A stretch of DNA of 64,000 nucleotides from Zootoca vivipara (Eukaryota). Shown piece after piece: positions 24,771 through 37,376 of this stretch (the first letter of the stretch is position 1; each line of letters opens with the position of its first letter). The notes under the pieces are model-generated. The model saw only the letters and a program-made list of their open reading frames with translations, was not told where the DNA came from and made no database searches. The translations under genes and the position numbers were made by a program. The stretch lies in the NCBI RefSeq assembly GCF_963506605.1, contig NC_083286.1, positions 39,122,001 through 39,186,000 of the forward strand. The letters are read 5' to 3'.

Positions 24771-27491
24771 GACCCAACTGTCTGTCTCCACAATACATAG
24801 CAAGATCTGCCGAAAGCCACTGCCATAGCTGGGAATGGGGGGAGTGTATGTGTGGCAAGGATGATTTCTGGATTGGATTTTGAATGATGTTGGGTAAACT
24901 TTCATCTCTAGGATTAATGAGCCTAGAAGACTTTCCCAAACTCTCTCCTTTTTCCAACCATGTCTGTCAAGTTCTCTGCATCTACCTTCTCCTTGGGACT
25001 CCTACTTTTTAAAAATAGTCTTGCCTAGTGGAGATTCATCCTGACAGCAGGTGTCTCTGGAATGATGGCTCCAAAGCAGGCAGGGTTTCTCTGTACTTGT
25101 GGTGGCTTCTGGTGGGAAAGACTTTCTGCTACAGAACTGCAAGTGTCTAAAGAAACTGGACAGAAAGAGATCCTAAAAGTGAGTTAACAGAAAGGAAACA
25201 TTAGAAGGAGGCATTAAATAAGGACAAGGAGTGCAAGAATTCTCTGAGCACCAGGCAAAAGAGAAATAGGGCCATAAACCCTCTGATGCCTTATGACCAT
25301 GAGCAAAAAGCGAAGCGCGGCCACATCCAGTGCCATTTATTGAACGGGACAATAGACAATAAAGAAGGCAGGCAAGAACAAAGGAACTAGCCTACATTTA
25401 AATAGGGAGACATAGCCCCCACGGGAATCTACTGCTTTGGATTTGGAAAATGGGACTAGGAACAGAGTTCCTCCTGAAGGCACTGCACATCACTTGCATG
25501 GTCTACTTTTACTGCCAATAGAGTTCTTTCTTCTTCTTTGAGAGACTGACATTTAAGCTGTTATGTATCTGGAGAGAGAGGGAGACTGTTGATGCAACAA
25601 CTTTAACATGAGCATGGAGGACAGAGAGGCTGCTAACAAGGCCAAACAGGCAGCATCAACTACACCTGCAGGGCTGGTGGTAACTGGACTCCCGAAACTT
25701 CTGAATGGTCACAGGTTCCCCACCCCTGTTCTAGGATATATTTAACCTCCCTGTACAGGGCAGGCTATTGAAGTACGTATGATAGTTGCAAGTCAAAATC
25801 CCTGCCCACCCCCATCATTTCAGCCATTTTTCAGGAGACTGGGTAAAATGAGGGCAAGTCTTATGAGGAAAACAGCCATTTCCTCCCTGTTATCTGGGGT
25901 GAAAATGGCATTTCTGTTTGATTAATGTTACCCCCAAATAATTATTAGGGATGGGTGGGAAGCCACCAACCCCTGGAAAGAGCACTCTTTCCTGCTGCAA
26001 AGAGAGAAAGAGAGATGTTTTACACACACTTCTTTGCCCCAGTTTCACACTTTGTTTTGAGCCGAACATCACACCAAACTTCAGCTCACCAGTAATGATG
26101 CTTCCATGCTTGGTAGTATTGGTCCACGGGGCAGTGAGGCACAAGAAAGCTTTCTCTGTTGTAACTTCCCCAACCACAGGACACTTTCCCCCTAAAGAGA
26201 TCCTGATTGGTTTTTGCCATCAAGCAAAAATATTCTTATTTTCCCAGGTGCATGAGTGAACCAGTGAGGCCATTTTCTGTATTTTTCTTGGTGGTTGTTT
26301 GTTTGTTTTTTAATGGTTTATATAGCAGAGCTAACCAACTTGGAGGCTAGAGCTACCCAGTCCACTATCCATTCAGACATCACTAGTATTGCTTGAGAGA
26401 GCGAATAAAACACACAGATGATGCTCTTTGCTTAACATTTTCTTCATATTTAGAAGGCACAGAATTTGAGCTCTGTGAAAGAAATGGGATCTCCTAACAA
26501 TTCTCAGGACCCTTAACAAACAACGCTTCCCAGGATTCTTGGGGAGGAGCCACGGCTGTACAAAGTGGTATGATACTGCTTTAAAAGTGTAGTGCAGATG
26601 GTCAGTAGAACATGTGAGAGGCGAAGTAGCAAGCGTGCCGTGCTATGCATGTTCACAGCATGACCATCTGCAGTGGGGAGCCTCCAGTTCTTGGGAATAC
26701 CCACTGCACAATGTAGGACCCTAATTTTCCAGGTCTCTCTACATTGCATGGGGGGGGGGGTACAGCAGTAGAACAGACGGTTGCCCTCCAGCTCAATGCG
26801 GGTGATGGGGAAGCCATGCACATCCCCACTCTCTACTTGCTCACGGGTTTAAGAAACTCTGCACACACAGGCTATGCATTCAGAGCACTCTAAATCTGTA
26901 TCAAAACAGGGAAGGTGATTAAAAATTCACAAGTGAAGCTAATTCCATTTCAAACATTTGTGCTCACAGGATGCTCAGCTGGAGAATATCACTAATGGCA
27001 ACCTGCGGTGATTAAAAATTATCATTCTAATTCTTGAGAGAAAATGCAAATTTCTTACCTTATTTGCCCTGGGGCAGAAAACACCTTAGTTGTCATGCTA
27101 TTGGGGCTTTCTTTGCATCTCCTGAAGAATCTAAAACAAATCAAGAGAGAAATAAATGAAACAAAGTATAAATATGTCAATGCCAGCGACTTAGCAACTA
27201 GCACTTACGTGCTGTAGATTAAATTAATATATCCTAAGAGATGGGAGGGAGAGAAAGGGCCCTGAGTTATCTAAGAGTTACATTGGTCATTTTAAATTGG
27301 TTGGTGGATAATACTGAACAATCCCATTATCTCACTTCTATCAGTCTCTCATTCAGATGAATATATCTGACCATCACCATTTCCAAAGACAAAAACCAGC
27401 AAGGGATCTGATGGAATGTCAGTTCTGTCATGTGGTTACATTTCCAAACCAGGTAGGCTGTAGACTTCAAAGGCACTAGGCTTGAAAAGTA

Positions 27492-27817
27492 AGGGTAAAA
27501 GGTAAAGGACCCCTGGATGGTTAAGTCCAGTCAAAGGCAACTATGGGGTGTGGCGCTCATCTCGCTTCAGGCCGAGGGAGCCAGCATTTGTCCGCAGACA
27601 GCTTTCTGGCACAACGGAACACCGTGACGAGTGCCAGAGCACACAGAAATGCCACTTACCTTCCCACCACAGCAGTACCTATTTATCTACTTGCACTGGT
27701 GTGCGCTGTGGTCTAAACCACTGAGCCTCTTGGGCTTTCTGATCGGAAGGTCGGCGGTTCGAATCCACATGATGGGGTGAGTTCCTGTTGCTCTGCCCCA
27801 GCTTCTGCCAACCTAGC
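27492..27817. mobile_element. Sauria SINE with inverted 5' segment
   Basis: 3' part on minus (27492-~27702), 5' part on plus (~27703-27817); TSD GCTTGAAAAGTA/GCTTGACAAGTA. Confidence 0.85.
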
Positions 27818-28564
27818 TTGACAAGTATCAGTCTGCTGAAGGCCTGTCTAGAAGTAGCCTACATAACTCACAAATGCTGCAATCTTAAAAACATTGATTT
27901 AGACGCAGGTCATGCCAAGTAGACATGTAGATATTCCAAGTAGACGTGTAGGGGATTGCACTCTGGGGCACCTTGTACACTGATGACATGATGTAAATAA
28001 ATTCAGATAAGGAAACAAATAATTATAGCTCCAGATGTTCAGGAGCATCCTGGTCCAGTACAAGAAGAAGCTGTTTTTGTATACGTACATGCATACTGAA
28101 TGGGGTTCGTGGGAGTTTTGCTGCCCAAAACACCTGGAGGGCACCAGGTTGGTGAAGGCTCTTCTAGGAAGACCATTAAGCCTTTATTAGTGATCTAACT
28201 ACGGTATGCACACTTGTAATATTTAAAAATGACATTTTTCTCCCAGTATTTCACCTACTGGTATATCTTTTTACTTTCACTGCAGTAAGCCCTCAAATCC
28301 CTAGATGTGTTACAATTCCAGTTTCCCATTTTTCTAGGCACTGCATGAATAAACCAAACAATGACCCCAATTAAATAGCAATATGATAGATCGATCGCAT
28401 ATAGAAAGCAATTTGTTAGCCTCTTAGAAATCCTCATTTTATCAACAGTAGTGGGTATTCACAGGTGATATATTTTCTACCAACTAAGGCAAAGGCAGTT
28501 CAGTGCCATTCATTTTCCAGAAGGGTAGCTGTGTTTGTCACTTCCAGAAAAGACTTGTTGACAC

Positions 28565-28568
<4 letters not shown>

Positions 28569-28630
<62 letters not shown>
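28569..28630. repeat. (GA)n microsatellite
   Basis: Direct reading. Confidence 0.98.
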
Positions 28631-28634
<4 letters not shown>

Positions 28635-29670
28635 GTTACATGTATAGACAAACAGATTTATTGTGGCATAAATATATATGTGTGTGCCTTTAGGCTTCAC
28701 TGCATGAATGTGTGTGTGTGTGAGAGAGAGATTTCTGTTCAGATCCCAAATTTATACAAGATACAGATGGTGTGACAATCACAATAAATGGCCATTCACA
28801 ACAGCAAATCACTATAATGATGCTCCCTCCTCTGTTATAATTTGGCAACTGTGGTAGGAAAGAAATCTTGAGTTTTAAGTCCAAACTGAATAGAATAGAA
28901 TAGAATTTACTGATACATTTTAATTCTGTGTTTCACATTGTAACTTCACTTCGAAGTCTTTTAGTATAGGTGTGTGTGTGAATATTTATGTCAACAGTGG
29001 AAGAACACTGCAACCTTCCATGACATTTAGCTGCTGACTTCAAAATCAACATACTGTATTTAAAAAATGGACAAACAGTTCCAGGCTCAAAAGCGCCTGT
29101 CAGCAGCACAGCAGTGAATGATTATCACCTTGCCTGTACAAACAACATGATGGAAGAAGCGCATTGTGTCCATTTCTCCTTCCCGGGCATCTTGCACATG
29201 CAAAAATGGGATACAAATGAATCTACTCTGATGCATAATGTAAAATTAATTAATTCTCTTGGGCTCTAGATTCACTGTGCCTCCTGTTGAGAACAAGATG
29301 TTATTTTCTCAGGGTTTGCTATATACAGTACCTGTCTTCTTCCTTGGATGTAGGTATAAGACACAGGAATAGACTGATAGGCCTGCAAAAAGCTCTGTCA
29401 CCACTGTTGAACCTTCTTTTCCAACAAAGGGGGGAGGATAAATTGGTTGCATCCATGAGGGAGAGCCATTTGTCTTGGGGGGGGGGGGGAATCAACATAG
29501 AGTTACAAGGAGGTCTAATGGCGTCTCTCCCCCCGCCCGCCCCGCTTCCCATTTAAAATACCTGTCTCAAAAGATAAGAGCTGCTCTAAACAGCTATGAA
29601 GCCCTGTGCTCTAAAATGGGACCAGAAATGCTCCTGGGAATGATACCCCATGAATGTGTAGAAAGCATCC

Positions 29671-29720
<50 letters not shown>

Positions 29721-29765
29721 TGCCCTCCCCGGCCAAAACTGGGCTCAGAGCAGCTAACATCAAAT
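29671..29765 (-). mobile_element. (TAT)n tail plus L2-like 3' end
   Basis: Microsatellite tail followed by CTGCCCTCCCC..GGGCTCAGAGCAGCTAACA. Confidence 0.6.
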
Positions 29766-30109
29766 GTATAACACATTAACATAAAATCAGGCATAACATG
29801 GGAGCATAACATGGACAAACAGATGAATGCACCCCATGGGGACACCCATTTATTTCCTTTACAGTACTTTTGGAAATGAACATTCCCAGACCCATTTGAA
29901 AACTCACCTGGCCAAAAGCTGTCATAGAATTCCAACAAAAAAGGGAAAAGGACGTGCACATGGCTTCAGTTCATGTGTTTCTCTGTGGTCAGGAATGGAA
30001 ATTGTTCAACTGAATGTATTCATTGTTATGTGTTGTTGTTTTTAAAGTCCTCCTGATTAATTCCATTGCTTTACATTGCTTTGATGTTTTCTTTTCATTG
30101 TAACGTACA

Positions 30110-30261
30110 NNNNNNNNNNNNNNNNNNNNNNNNNNNNNNNNNNNNNNNNNNNNNNNNNNNNNNNNNNNNNNNNNNNNNNNNNNNNNNNNNNNNNNNNNNN
30201 NNNNNNNNNNNNNNNNNNNNNNNNNNNNNNNNNNNNNNNNNNNNNNNNNNNNNNNNNNNNN
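30110..30261. other. Assembly gap (152 N)
   Basis: Run of N. Confidence 1.
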
Positions 30262-30290
30262 TAGTGGACAGCAAGATTAGTAAAGTAGTA

Positions 30291-30551
30291 CAGTCATACC
30301 TCTAGTTACGTATGCTTCAGGTTGCGTACGACACAGGATATGTACGCGCTGAACCCGGAAGTAATGGAACGGGTTACTTCCGGGTTCAGCGATTCACTCA
30401 TGCATAGATGCACTCAATGACATTACGGGCGTGTGCAGAAGCACCAAATCACGCAGGGAGCATGCACAGATTCGGCGCTTCAGGGTAAGTACTGCTCTGG
30501 ATGCGTACGGGGCTCCGGAACTGATCCCGTTCGTATCCAGAGGTACCACTG
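30291..30551. mobile_element. Tc1/mariner MITE
   Basis: CAGTCATACCTCT/AGAGGTACCACTG TIRs, TA TSD. Confidence 0.88.
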
Positions 30552-31808
30552 TATTGGGCAGAAACTGAACCGCAGGGGAATAGAAACAGCATTGATTGTG
30601 ATGAATTTAGGTCAGAACAGAAATGCTTGCCCTCTTATGTTCCTAGCCTGGCCCTTGAGGTACTAAGATGAATCAAGTTTTGGCTCTCAATGCCAGCATG
30701 CCATAAACTGAGGTGGACCCTTTTATCCAGCTCAATATGCTACAGTACCAGATTACCAAAGAACAGGATTGTGGATTTAAATATAAATCTGTAATATATA
30801 CTTGATGCCAAAATAACTCTCAAAGCCCCCGTACCAAGGACACGATCAATTCAGCTCTAATAAATTCTGGGTTTTTGAAAGTTTTCTTTTGCCTCCACAT
30901 ACCACATAGGTAATGTCTGTTGATGGATTGTTGTCATTACCATACATGATCTCATGCAGTAATGTGCTAATCATCTATCGAGCAAGATACATAATCCTGT
31001 CAAACGCCTCCTTTCTGGAGAAGAGGAAATGCTGTGACAGGCAGCATTATAAATGCTGCTTTATAAAATGGTGTTTTGAATAGCAGTTTAGGTATTGTTA
31101 CAAAAGAATTTATCTTGGGCTCTTTTATAACACGAGGAGAGATATTTTGTAGTTTCCTGACTGGCTGTCTTCGCTGTGCTGCTGCTTTCAATGATTCCCA
31201 TTAAATGCACGCAAGGGTAATAAATCATTCCCGGCAATCGAGTCCCAAAGCAATAAGCAAGTACTTGGGAACATGCAGAGTTTATTGATCTCAGTCCTTC
31301 ACCTAATTTGAAGCATGTGGGAAAACTTCTAAATAAACAGTTGAGCCTTTCTCTCTTTCTCTTTGCTTATCATTAATTTCAGTATCCTGTTTAATAACTT
31401 TCCCTTGCAGATAACAAGGTATTTCTGGTCCTCAGCTTATTATTGATCTCCTCTCTTTCTCCCCAAATGGTGTTTCTATCAAGCCATGTGTCCATTTTAC
31501 ACAGTCCCTATTGGCTCTTACTTGTTTTTGTTTGTTTGTTTGTTTGTTTGTTTTAAAAAAGGTTGATTGAAAAAACTAGGGTTGCTGTTTCTCATATTCA
31601 TTTAATTTATTTATTTTAAATATTTATAGGCCACTCATCAGCAATGCTCTCAGAGTAGCATGCAATAAAATGATAAAAGAACAATTTTAAAAAAATAGGG
31701 ACTCATAAAACTCACAACAAGGCAAAGCACAGCACAGCAATAAAGTAAGAAGAAATGCCAATATAAATTCTCAGATGCTTACCCTGGCGCAATCCTATAT
31801 TCAAGATA

Positions 31809-32325
31809 CAGTGATACCTCGGGTTAAGTACGCTTCAGGTTGAGTACTTTCAGGTTAAGTACTCCATGGACCCGGAAGTGTTTACTTCTGGATTCCACTG
31901 CGCGCACATGCGCAGAAGCGATCTGCACGCTTCGCGCATGCGCAGAAGTGCTCTACCGGCGCTTCGCACACGCGCGCTATCACCCCTTGGGTTAAGTACT
32001 TTTGGGGTGCAAATGGCACCCCAGAACCAATTAAGTAATTAACCTGAGGTACCACTGTAAATGTTAATTTTTTTCGTCTACAATACTGTCTTATTTATTT
32101 TACAGTACAGTACATTGATTATTGCCTTCATTTTATGGATCAATGGTCTCGTTAGACAGTAAAATTCATGTTGAATTGCTGTTTTAGGGGGTGTTTTCCA
32201 TCGTCTGGAACAGAATAATCCACTTTCCATTACTTTCAATGGGAATATTCGCTTCAGGTTAAGTACACTTCAGATTAAGTACGGACTTCCGGAACCAATT
32301 AAGTACTTAACCTGAGGTACCACTG
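31809..32325. mobile_element. Tc1/mariner MITE with two right ends
   Basis: Left TIR CAGTGATACCTC; AACCTGAGGTACCACTG|TA at both 32057 and 32325. Confidence 0.85.
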
Positions 32326-32747
32326 TACTGTGGCTGAAGGGCTATATCTAGTATATGATGGATAGCTTCAATGTAATGGCAGAAATGAGCTACAACACCA
32401 TCTCCAGGCAGCAAGGGGCAACAATCTGGGGAGACTCAGGGGACCTGGGAACTGTGAACCAGTACCCAAGGACAATGAAGATGAAACTAGGAGTCAGGAC
32501 CAAAAAGCAAGACTAAAAACATATGACATGCAAAAGCTCAAGAACACCTCAGCCACATCCACATCATTCATTTAAAGTGCATGGTTTTCCCCAAAGAATC
32601 ACGTGAACTGTAGTTTGTTAAGAGTGCTGGGAATTGTAGCTCAATGGGAGAAGCAATCCCAACTAAGGTTGTATGAAGAAGCACATAAACTGCTTTTGGA
32701 AAAACCAAAGCATTTTAATTCCACCTTCTAAAAATGTTAGGTAATGC

Positions 32748-32791
<44 letters not shown>

Positions 32792-33031
32792 TTGTATGTA
32801 CTTGGCAATCATTTTTAATTATTCCTATGTAATTTTTCACACATTTTACTTACCAAAGAAAACAAAATTATATCAATTTAATCAAACTATCATTTCAATT
32901 CCCAAGTCATATTACAACTTTTTAGCACCCCTCGTTTTTGGAATTTGAAAGTCAAAAAACTCAGCATGCCCTACTGTGGGAAGCCTGAGTGCAGCAGCCC
33001 ACCTGTGATTCCCAGCAAGTAATATTTAGAG

Positions 33032-33282
33032 CAGCCATGTCCAACAGGTAGATCATGATATACCGGTAGATTACTGGACGTCTGCAGTAGATCACTGGTA
33101 AATCATTGGCTCCCCCCCAAAGAAGCTGAACAACTGTGGCTCCCCTTAAAAAAGCTCAACATTTTACCTCCTCCCTGAAAAAACTCAACAACTTTGACCT
33201 GAACCCCAAAAAAGGGGGTTGTTCACAGCCAACTTTTAACTCTGTGAGTAGATTGCAGTCTCTTGGGAGTTGACCACACTTG
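33032..33282. mobile_element. hAT-Charlie-like MITE
   Basis: CAGCCATGTCCAAC/GTTGACCACACTTG ends; TSD ATTTAGAG/TTTTAGAG. Confidence 0.75.
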
Positions 33283-34995
33283 TTTTAGAGACATGATGTC
33301 TCTCACAGTGAAGGTGGAGGAAAACCTCCTGAATCAGACTTTGCCGCCCAAAGTTGGGTTGGTGAGTTTAGTGTGCTTGCCCCATTTATGAGCAGCACAA
33401 CCTAAACTGACACATAAGGAACATGCTTTTATATTTGGATTTGGGAAAGGATTGGCTAAAAACAAAATTTGCAGGGATTCTCGGGTCACAGTAACCTGCA
33501 GAGGAGAAATATATGGAGTGGTTAAATCTCTGTGATTCAGGCTGAAGATTCGGTAGTAAGAGAGAACCATTTTTGTGTGATGTAAAGAAAACTTCATCTT
33601 CCAGACGGCAAGCAATTTCAAATTGTGAAATACTAAAAGAATGAGGAAGTTTAATATAGAAAAGAGTCTAGAAGGTTTTTTCAAAAAGTAACTGAATTTA
33701 TTATTTTAAATTGACGACATAATTAAAAACAAAAGCAGTTCTTCAAAGGAACAAAACATTATTTTTTCCCTGTACCCATGAAAGGGATTGTTCAAGAAGA
33801 TAACTAAGGACCATCTGTTATAGAAGCTGGTCATCTGTTGTCTTCCTTTTCCCACTCTTAAAGCTTTAGAAAATGGTTGCATTAATTTGGCTAACTTTAA
33901 TTGTTGGCTAAATTAGCACAACTGTTTCCTAAACCTTAATAATCATCAATAATCAGTTATATACTAAAAAACCCTATTTATGAGCTACCTCTGTCCTTTG
34001 TGCTACTATAATTTGACAATCATTTAAATATCCTGCCACTGAACAACAGAACAAACTGACGAAGGCTCCAGTGGCATGCAATTATTAGGCATATCTCAAA
34101 ACCTTCCCCAAGTTGAATTGCAAAGTAGCTTTGGTTGTTGAATGATGTCTGGTTCATTTTTGCCAAGCTCTGATTGGTCTTTGGTCCTGTCCCATACAAT
34201 TAATGCAAGTTTTTGCAAAAATGCATTTTGTTGCCCTCAAAGTCAAAGGCAATAGTTTCCCAAACATGTAGAAAATGGACTTTGTTTTGGGTGGAACTGT
34301 TTCACTTCCAAACTAAGGTGCCCCTTAACGCTCAAGTTTGTTTGTTAGAGGACTAGTGAGTCCTCAGACAGTAGTTTCAACCCTCTCAATAAATGCAATG
34401 TCAAATATCAATTAAAATAAAAAAAAGTGAAGGCAAGCAACTTTTAAAATCCTTCTCAGGTTTCGCGCGTTGTCATCTTCAAAATTAAAAGCACATCTAT
34501 AAATGGTTTGAAACTGTGACTTGTAATACTTTGGCCAAGAGAACAAAGTGTGCTGTCCTGCGCACGCATGCGATTAAGATTCATTCCATATTTTTGTAGA
34601 TTGGCAGAAGGGGGCTTTGCAAATTAATAAGGATGTTGTGTGTTGTAATAACTAGAATTATCTTGATGCTGATGTATTTCTGCATCAGTAGGTTACAGCA
34701 CTGACCTTGGCTGTAGGGAAACATCAAATGCCTCCAATGAACAAACAAAAGTGGCGCTGCTGATTGCCCACAGCAGTTAAGATTAATTACAAAATCCACT
34801 TGACCAAGTAATTATTGGCCTAACCTTTTCTGCTATCTGTGAAAGCAGTTTAGTGCTGGGTTTCCATAAGGAGAAACAAGTCTGTGATTTCAGCAAACCA
34901 CAGCTGAATCAGTAATGTCTGTCCTTGAGATTCACCATTAATGGTGCTGCTTAGTCTTTGGGCATAACTATCCCCACCCCAATGCCCCCATACAC

Positions 34996-35245
34996 CAGTG
35001 TGGTGTAGTGGTTAAGAGCAGTAGACTCATAATCTGGGAAAGCGGCTTCACGTCTCCGCTCCTCCACATGCAGCTGCTGAGTGACCTTGGGCTAGTCATA
35101 CTTCTCTGAAATCTCTCAGCCCCACTCACCTCACAGAGTGTTTGTTGTGGGGGAGGAAGGGAAAGGAGAATGTTAGCCGCTTGGAGACTCCTTCAGGTAG
35201 TGATAAAGCGGGATATCAAATCCAGACTCCTCCTCCTCCTCTTCT
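34996..35245 (+). mobile_element. tRNA-derived SINE (same family as 10233)
   Basis: GTGGTGTAGTGGTTAAGAGC head, (CTC)n tail. Confidence 0.9.
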
Positions 35246-36112
35246 CTTTGTGTACAATGTAGGCATGTGGCTTGGTGGGATGGATACAAAACAGAGGAGA
35301 GCTGTTTAGGAATAAAATGCTCATCCCCACAGATCTGGGGCTTACATAGCGTTTGCAGTGGTGTGGGATACAAAATGTCTAGGCTGCCTTTTTACCAAGG
35401 CAACTCTGCCTACTGCCAAGGCAATTCTCTGCATACAAGCCTACCAAAACACTGCAGTGCATCTTTCTCCCTGTAGTGTTCTCGGCAGTTTCACTGTCCT
35501 TGAAACTCCCTGTAATATTGCATCACCCCTTTTACCTTGGGAAACTTTCTGAAAAGTGAGCAATCTTGATTCCCACCCCCACCCCCCGGAAGTTCCTGAA
35601 TGGAAATATCAAGAAATACTCATGATCATATAAAGGCAAGCCACCCTACAGTTGTGGATCCCTCAGAGACTTACACTAATCCTCTCCCATTATTTTTAAT
35701 TAAATGAAGTCCCCTGATCCCTTGCCATACCTCTCTGTTATTACCTTTATAAAACAAACAAACATTGGTTGCACAGTGGAGCATCTTGCCTCTGCAGCTC
35801 CACAGAGAGTGTTCATCTTCATACCCTAAGTAGAATGCTAAAATGCTGCTCACTTATCCTTCTCCTGCCTGAATTCCTTTAACTATCCTTGCAGTTTAAG
35901 AACATGAGACCAAAGGCTTGCCTAGTCCAGCATCCTGCTCTGACAGAGGCAAGCAAGATGCTTATGGGAAGCCCACAAGCACAACAGTGCTCTCCCCACT
36001 CATGTGACCCAACCCAAAAATGGGGCACTGAAATCCCTTTCATTGGCCCACAAAGGTTGCTGCTGCAATTGTCTCTGGGTAGTTCCTTTTCTTCTATGAA
36101 ACTACATGGTGA

Positions 36113-36690
36113 AAAAGGACACTGCTAATGTATGGGATAGTTGCAGCAAGAGTTCTGGTCGCTAGAAATTGGAAGAGTAAAAGTTTACCCAGCATAACGG
36201 ATTGGCAAACCTTAATGTTAGAATACCTACAGTTGGCAAAAACAACGGGAAGAATAAGAAGACAAATGAAACAAAAAACACATAAGGAATGGAGGATGTT
36301 TAAAGAGTATTCTAATGAGTAATGGTATATCTGAAATCCTAATGGCAGACCTAGGCTGAACCCTGCATAAATTTAAAGAAATAAATAATGTGGGGGGAAA
36401 GAAATGAAACAGCAAGCAGATAGTTACAGCTGTGCGATAAAATAACGAAAACATATAGACTACAGAGCGAAAAATTGGAAGTGTTGTTTTTATTGTTGTT
36501 GTATCTTTTTTGTTTTATTTTTTGTATCTTCTTTTTTCTTTTTACTGTTTACATTTTACATTTCTTTTTCTTTTTCAAATTCTATTTGAATGTATTTTTT
36601 GTATACATATATTTTGTGAACAGTGTAAATATTGTGTAAAGTATATATGCTGTATTTTAAACCATTAAAACAATAAAGAATTTATCTTAA
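36113..36690 (+). mobile_element. Non-mammalian L1 3' fragment (ORF2 C-terminus and 3' UTR)
   Basis: AARVLVARNWKSKSLPSITDW motif; T-rich UTR with AATAAA; 15-bp TSD GAAACTACATGGTGA. Confidence 0.9.
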
Positions 36691-37234
36691 GAAACTACAT
36701 GGTGATTCCAAATTGGTGAGCTGTAGGTGGATTGCTAAGCTGGTAAGAGGAAGGCACCAAGGACAATGTGATCAGCAATTGAGCTGTTTCTAAGTGGGAT
36801 GTAGGGGGGGGGAGAGATTCCAACAATGATCCACTTGAATAAAATGTTTGGGAGCCAAAAGGCTAATAGCTACACAAAATGTACTTCAGTTGGTGCTCCA
36901 CAAGAACCAGCACTGCCTAGTGGATTGAAAGGTGGACTTCAATCTAGGGAACTTGGGTTCACTTATTACTTGTACCAGAGGGTTACTAAGCCCTGTTACC
37001 TCTTCAGCTCCCACCACTTCCTCGTCCCAGGCTTCTCCCTCTAACCATTCATTGTCATCCCACCACCACTCCCTAGGCTAGAAGCCTTCTTCCCTTGGGG
37101 GATCTGCAGCTAGTTCCTCTCGCCATTCCTCTGCATCCAACCAGCCCATGGCAATAACTAACCTTTAGGAGGCCAGTCTGGAACAAGGAACTTCAAAGGA
37201 TGAATACAGCATGAAACAGCTTCATTACAGTAAT

Positions 37235-37376
37235 ACCCCTCCCCACCCTCTCACTATATATAAGCATCTGGTGACTTCTGTTTCAGTGTATCTGAAGACG
37301 TGTGCATGCACACGAAAGCTCATACCAATGACAAACTTAGTTGGTCTCTAAGGTGCTGCTGGAATGAATTTTTTTA
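37235..37376 (+). mobile_element. Penelope-like terminal fragment
   Basis: 9-bp TSD TACAGTAAT; TATATAAG, hammerhead motif, ...CTCTAAGGTGCT end. Confidence 0.8.
37288..37325 (+). ncRNA. Minimal type I hammerhead ribozyme motif
   Basis: GTAT-CTGAAGA-c-GTGTGC-at-GCACAC-GAAA-GC-TC^ATAC: stem I GTAT/ATAC, conserved core, palindromic AGCT stem III. Confidence 0.75.

Larger units (their letters stand above)
8640..26191 (-). pseudogene. Candidate decayed multi-exon gene of unknown identity (large Ser/Pro/Glu-rich protein)
   Basis: Non-repetitive coding-like blocks preceded by pyrimidine tract+AG (exon starts 25568, 25146, 22472, 21647, 19306, 13776, 10036, 9529, 9022, 8804); donors GTGAGC (about 26089), GTAAGG (22386), GTGAGT (9401); frames broken by isolated stops. 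Confidence 0.45.

Noticed and set aside
24230-24826. 198-aa ORF
   Set aside because: Runs across an RTE fragment out of frame; not a coherent protein
28465-28775. RE/SL-repeat proteins
   Set aside because: Translation of a (GA)n microsatellite; likewise the poly-N/L/I/Y/P ORFs at 9.0, 29.6, 41.9, 54.2 and 60.9 kb
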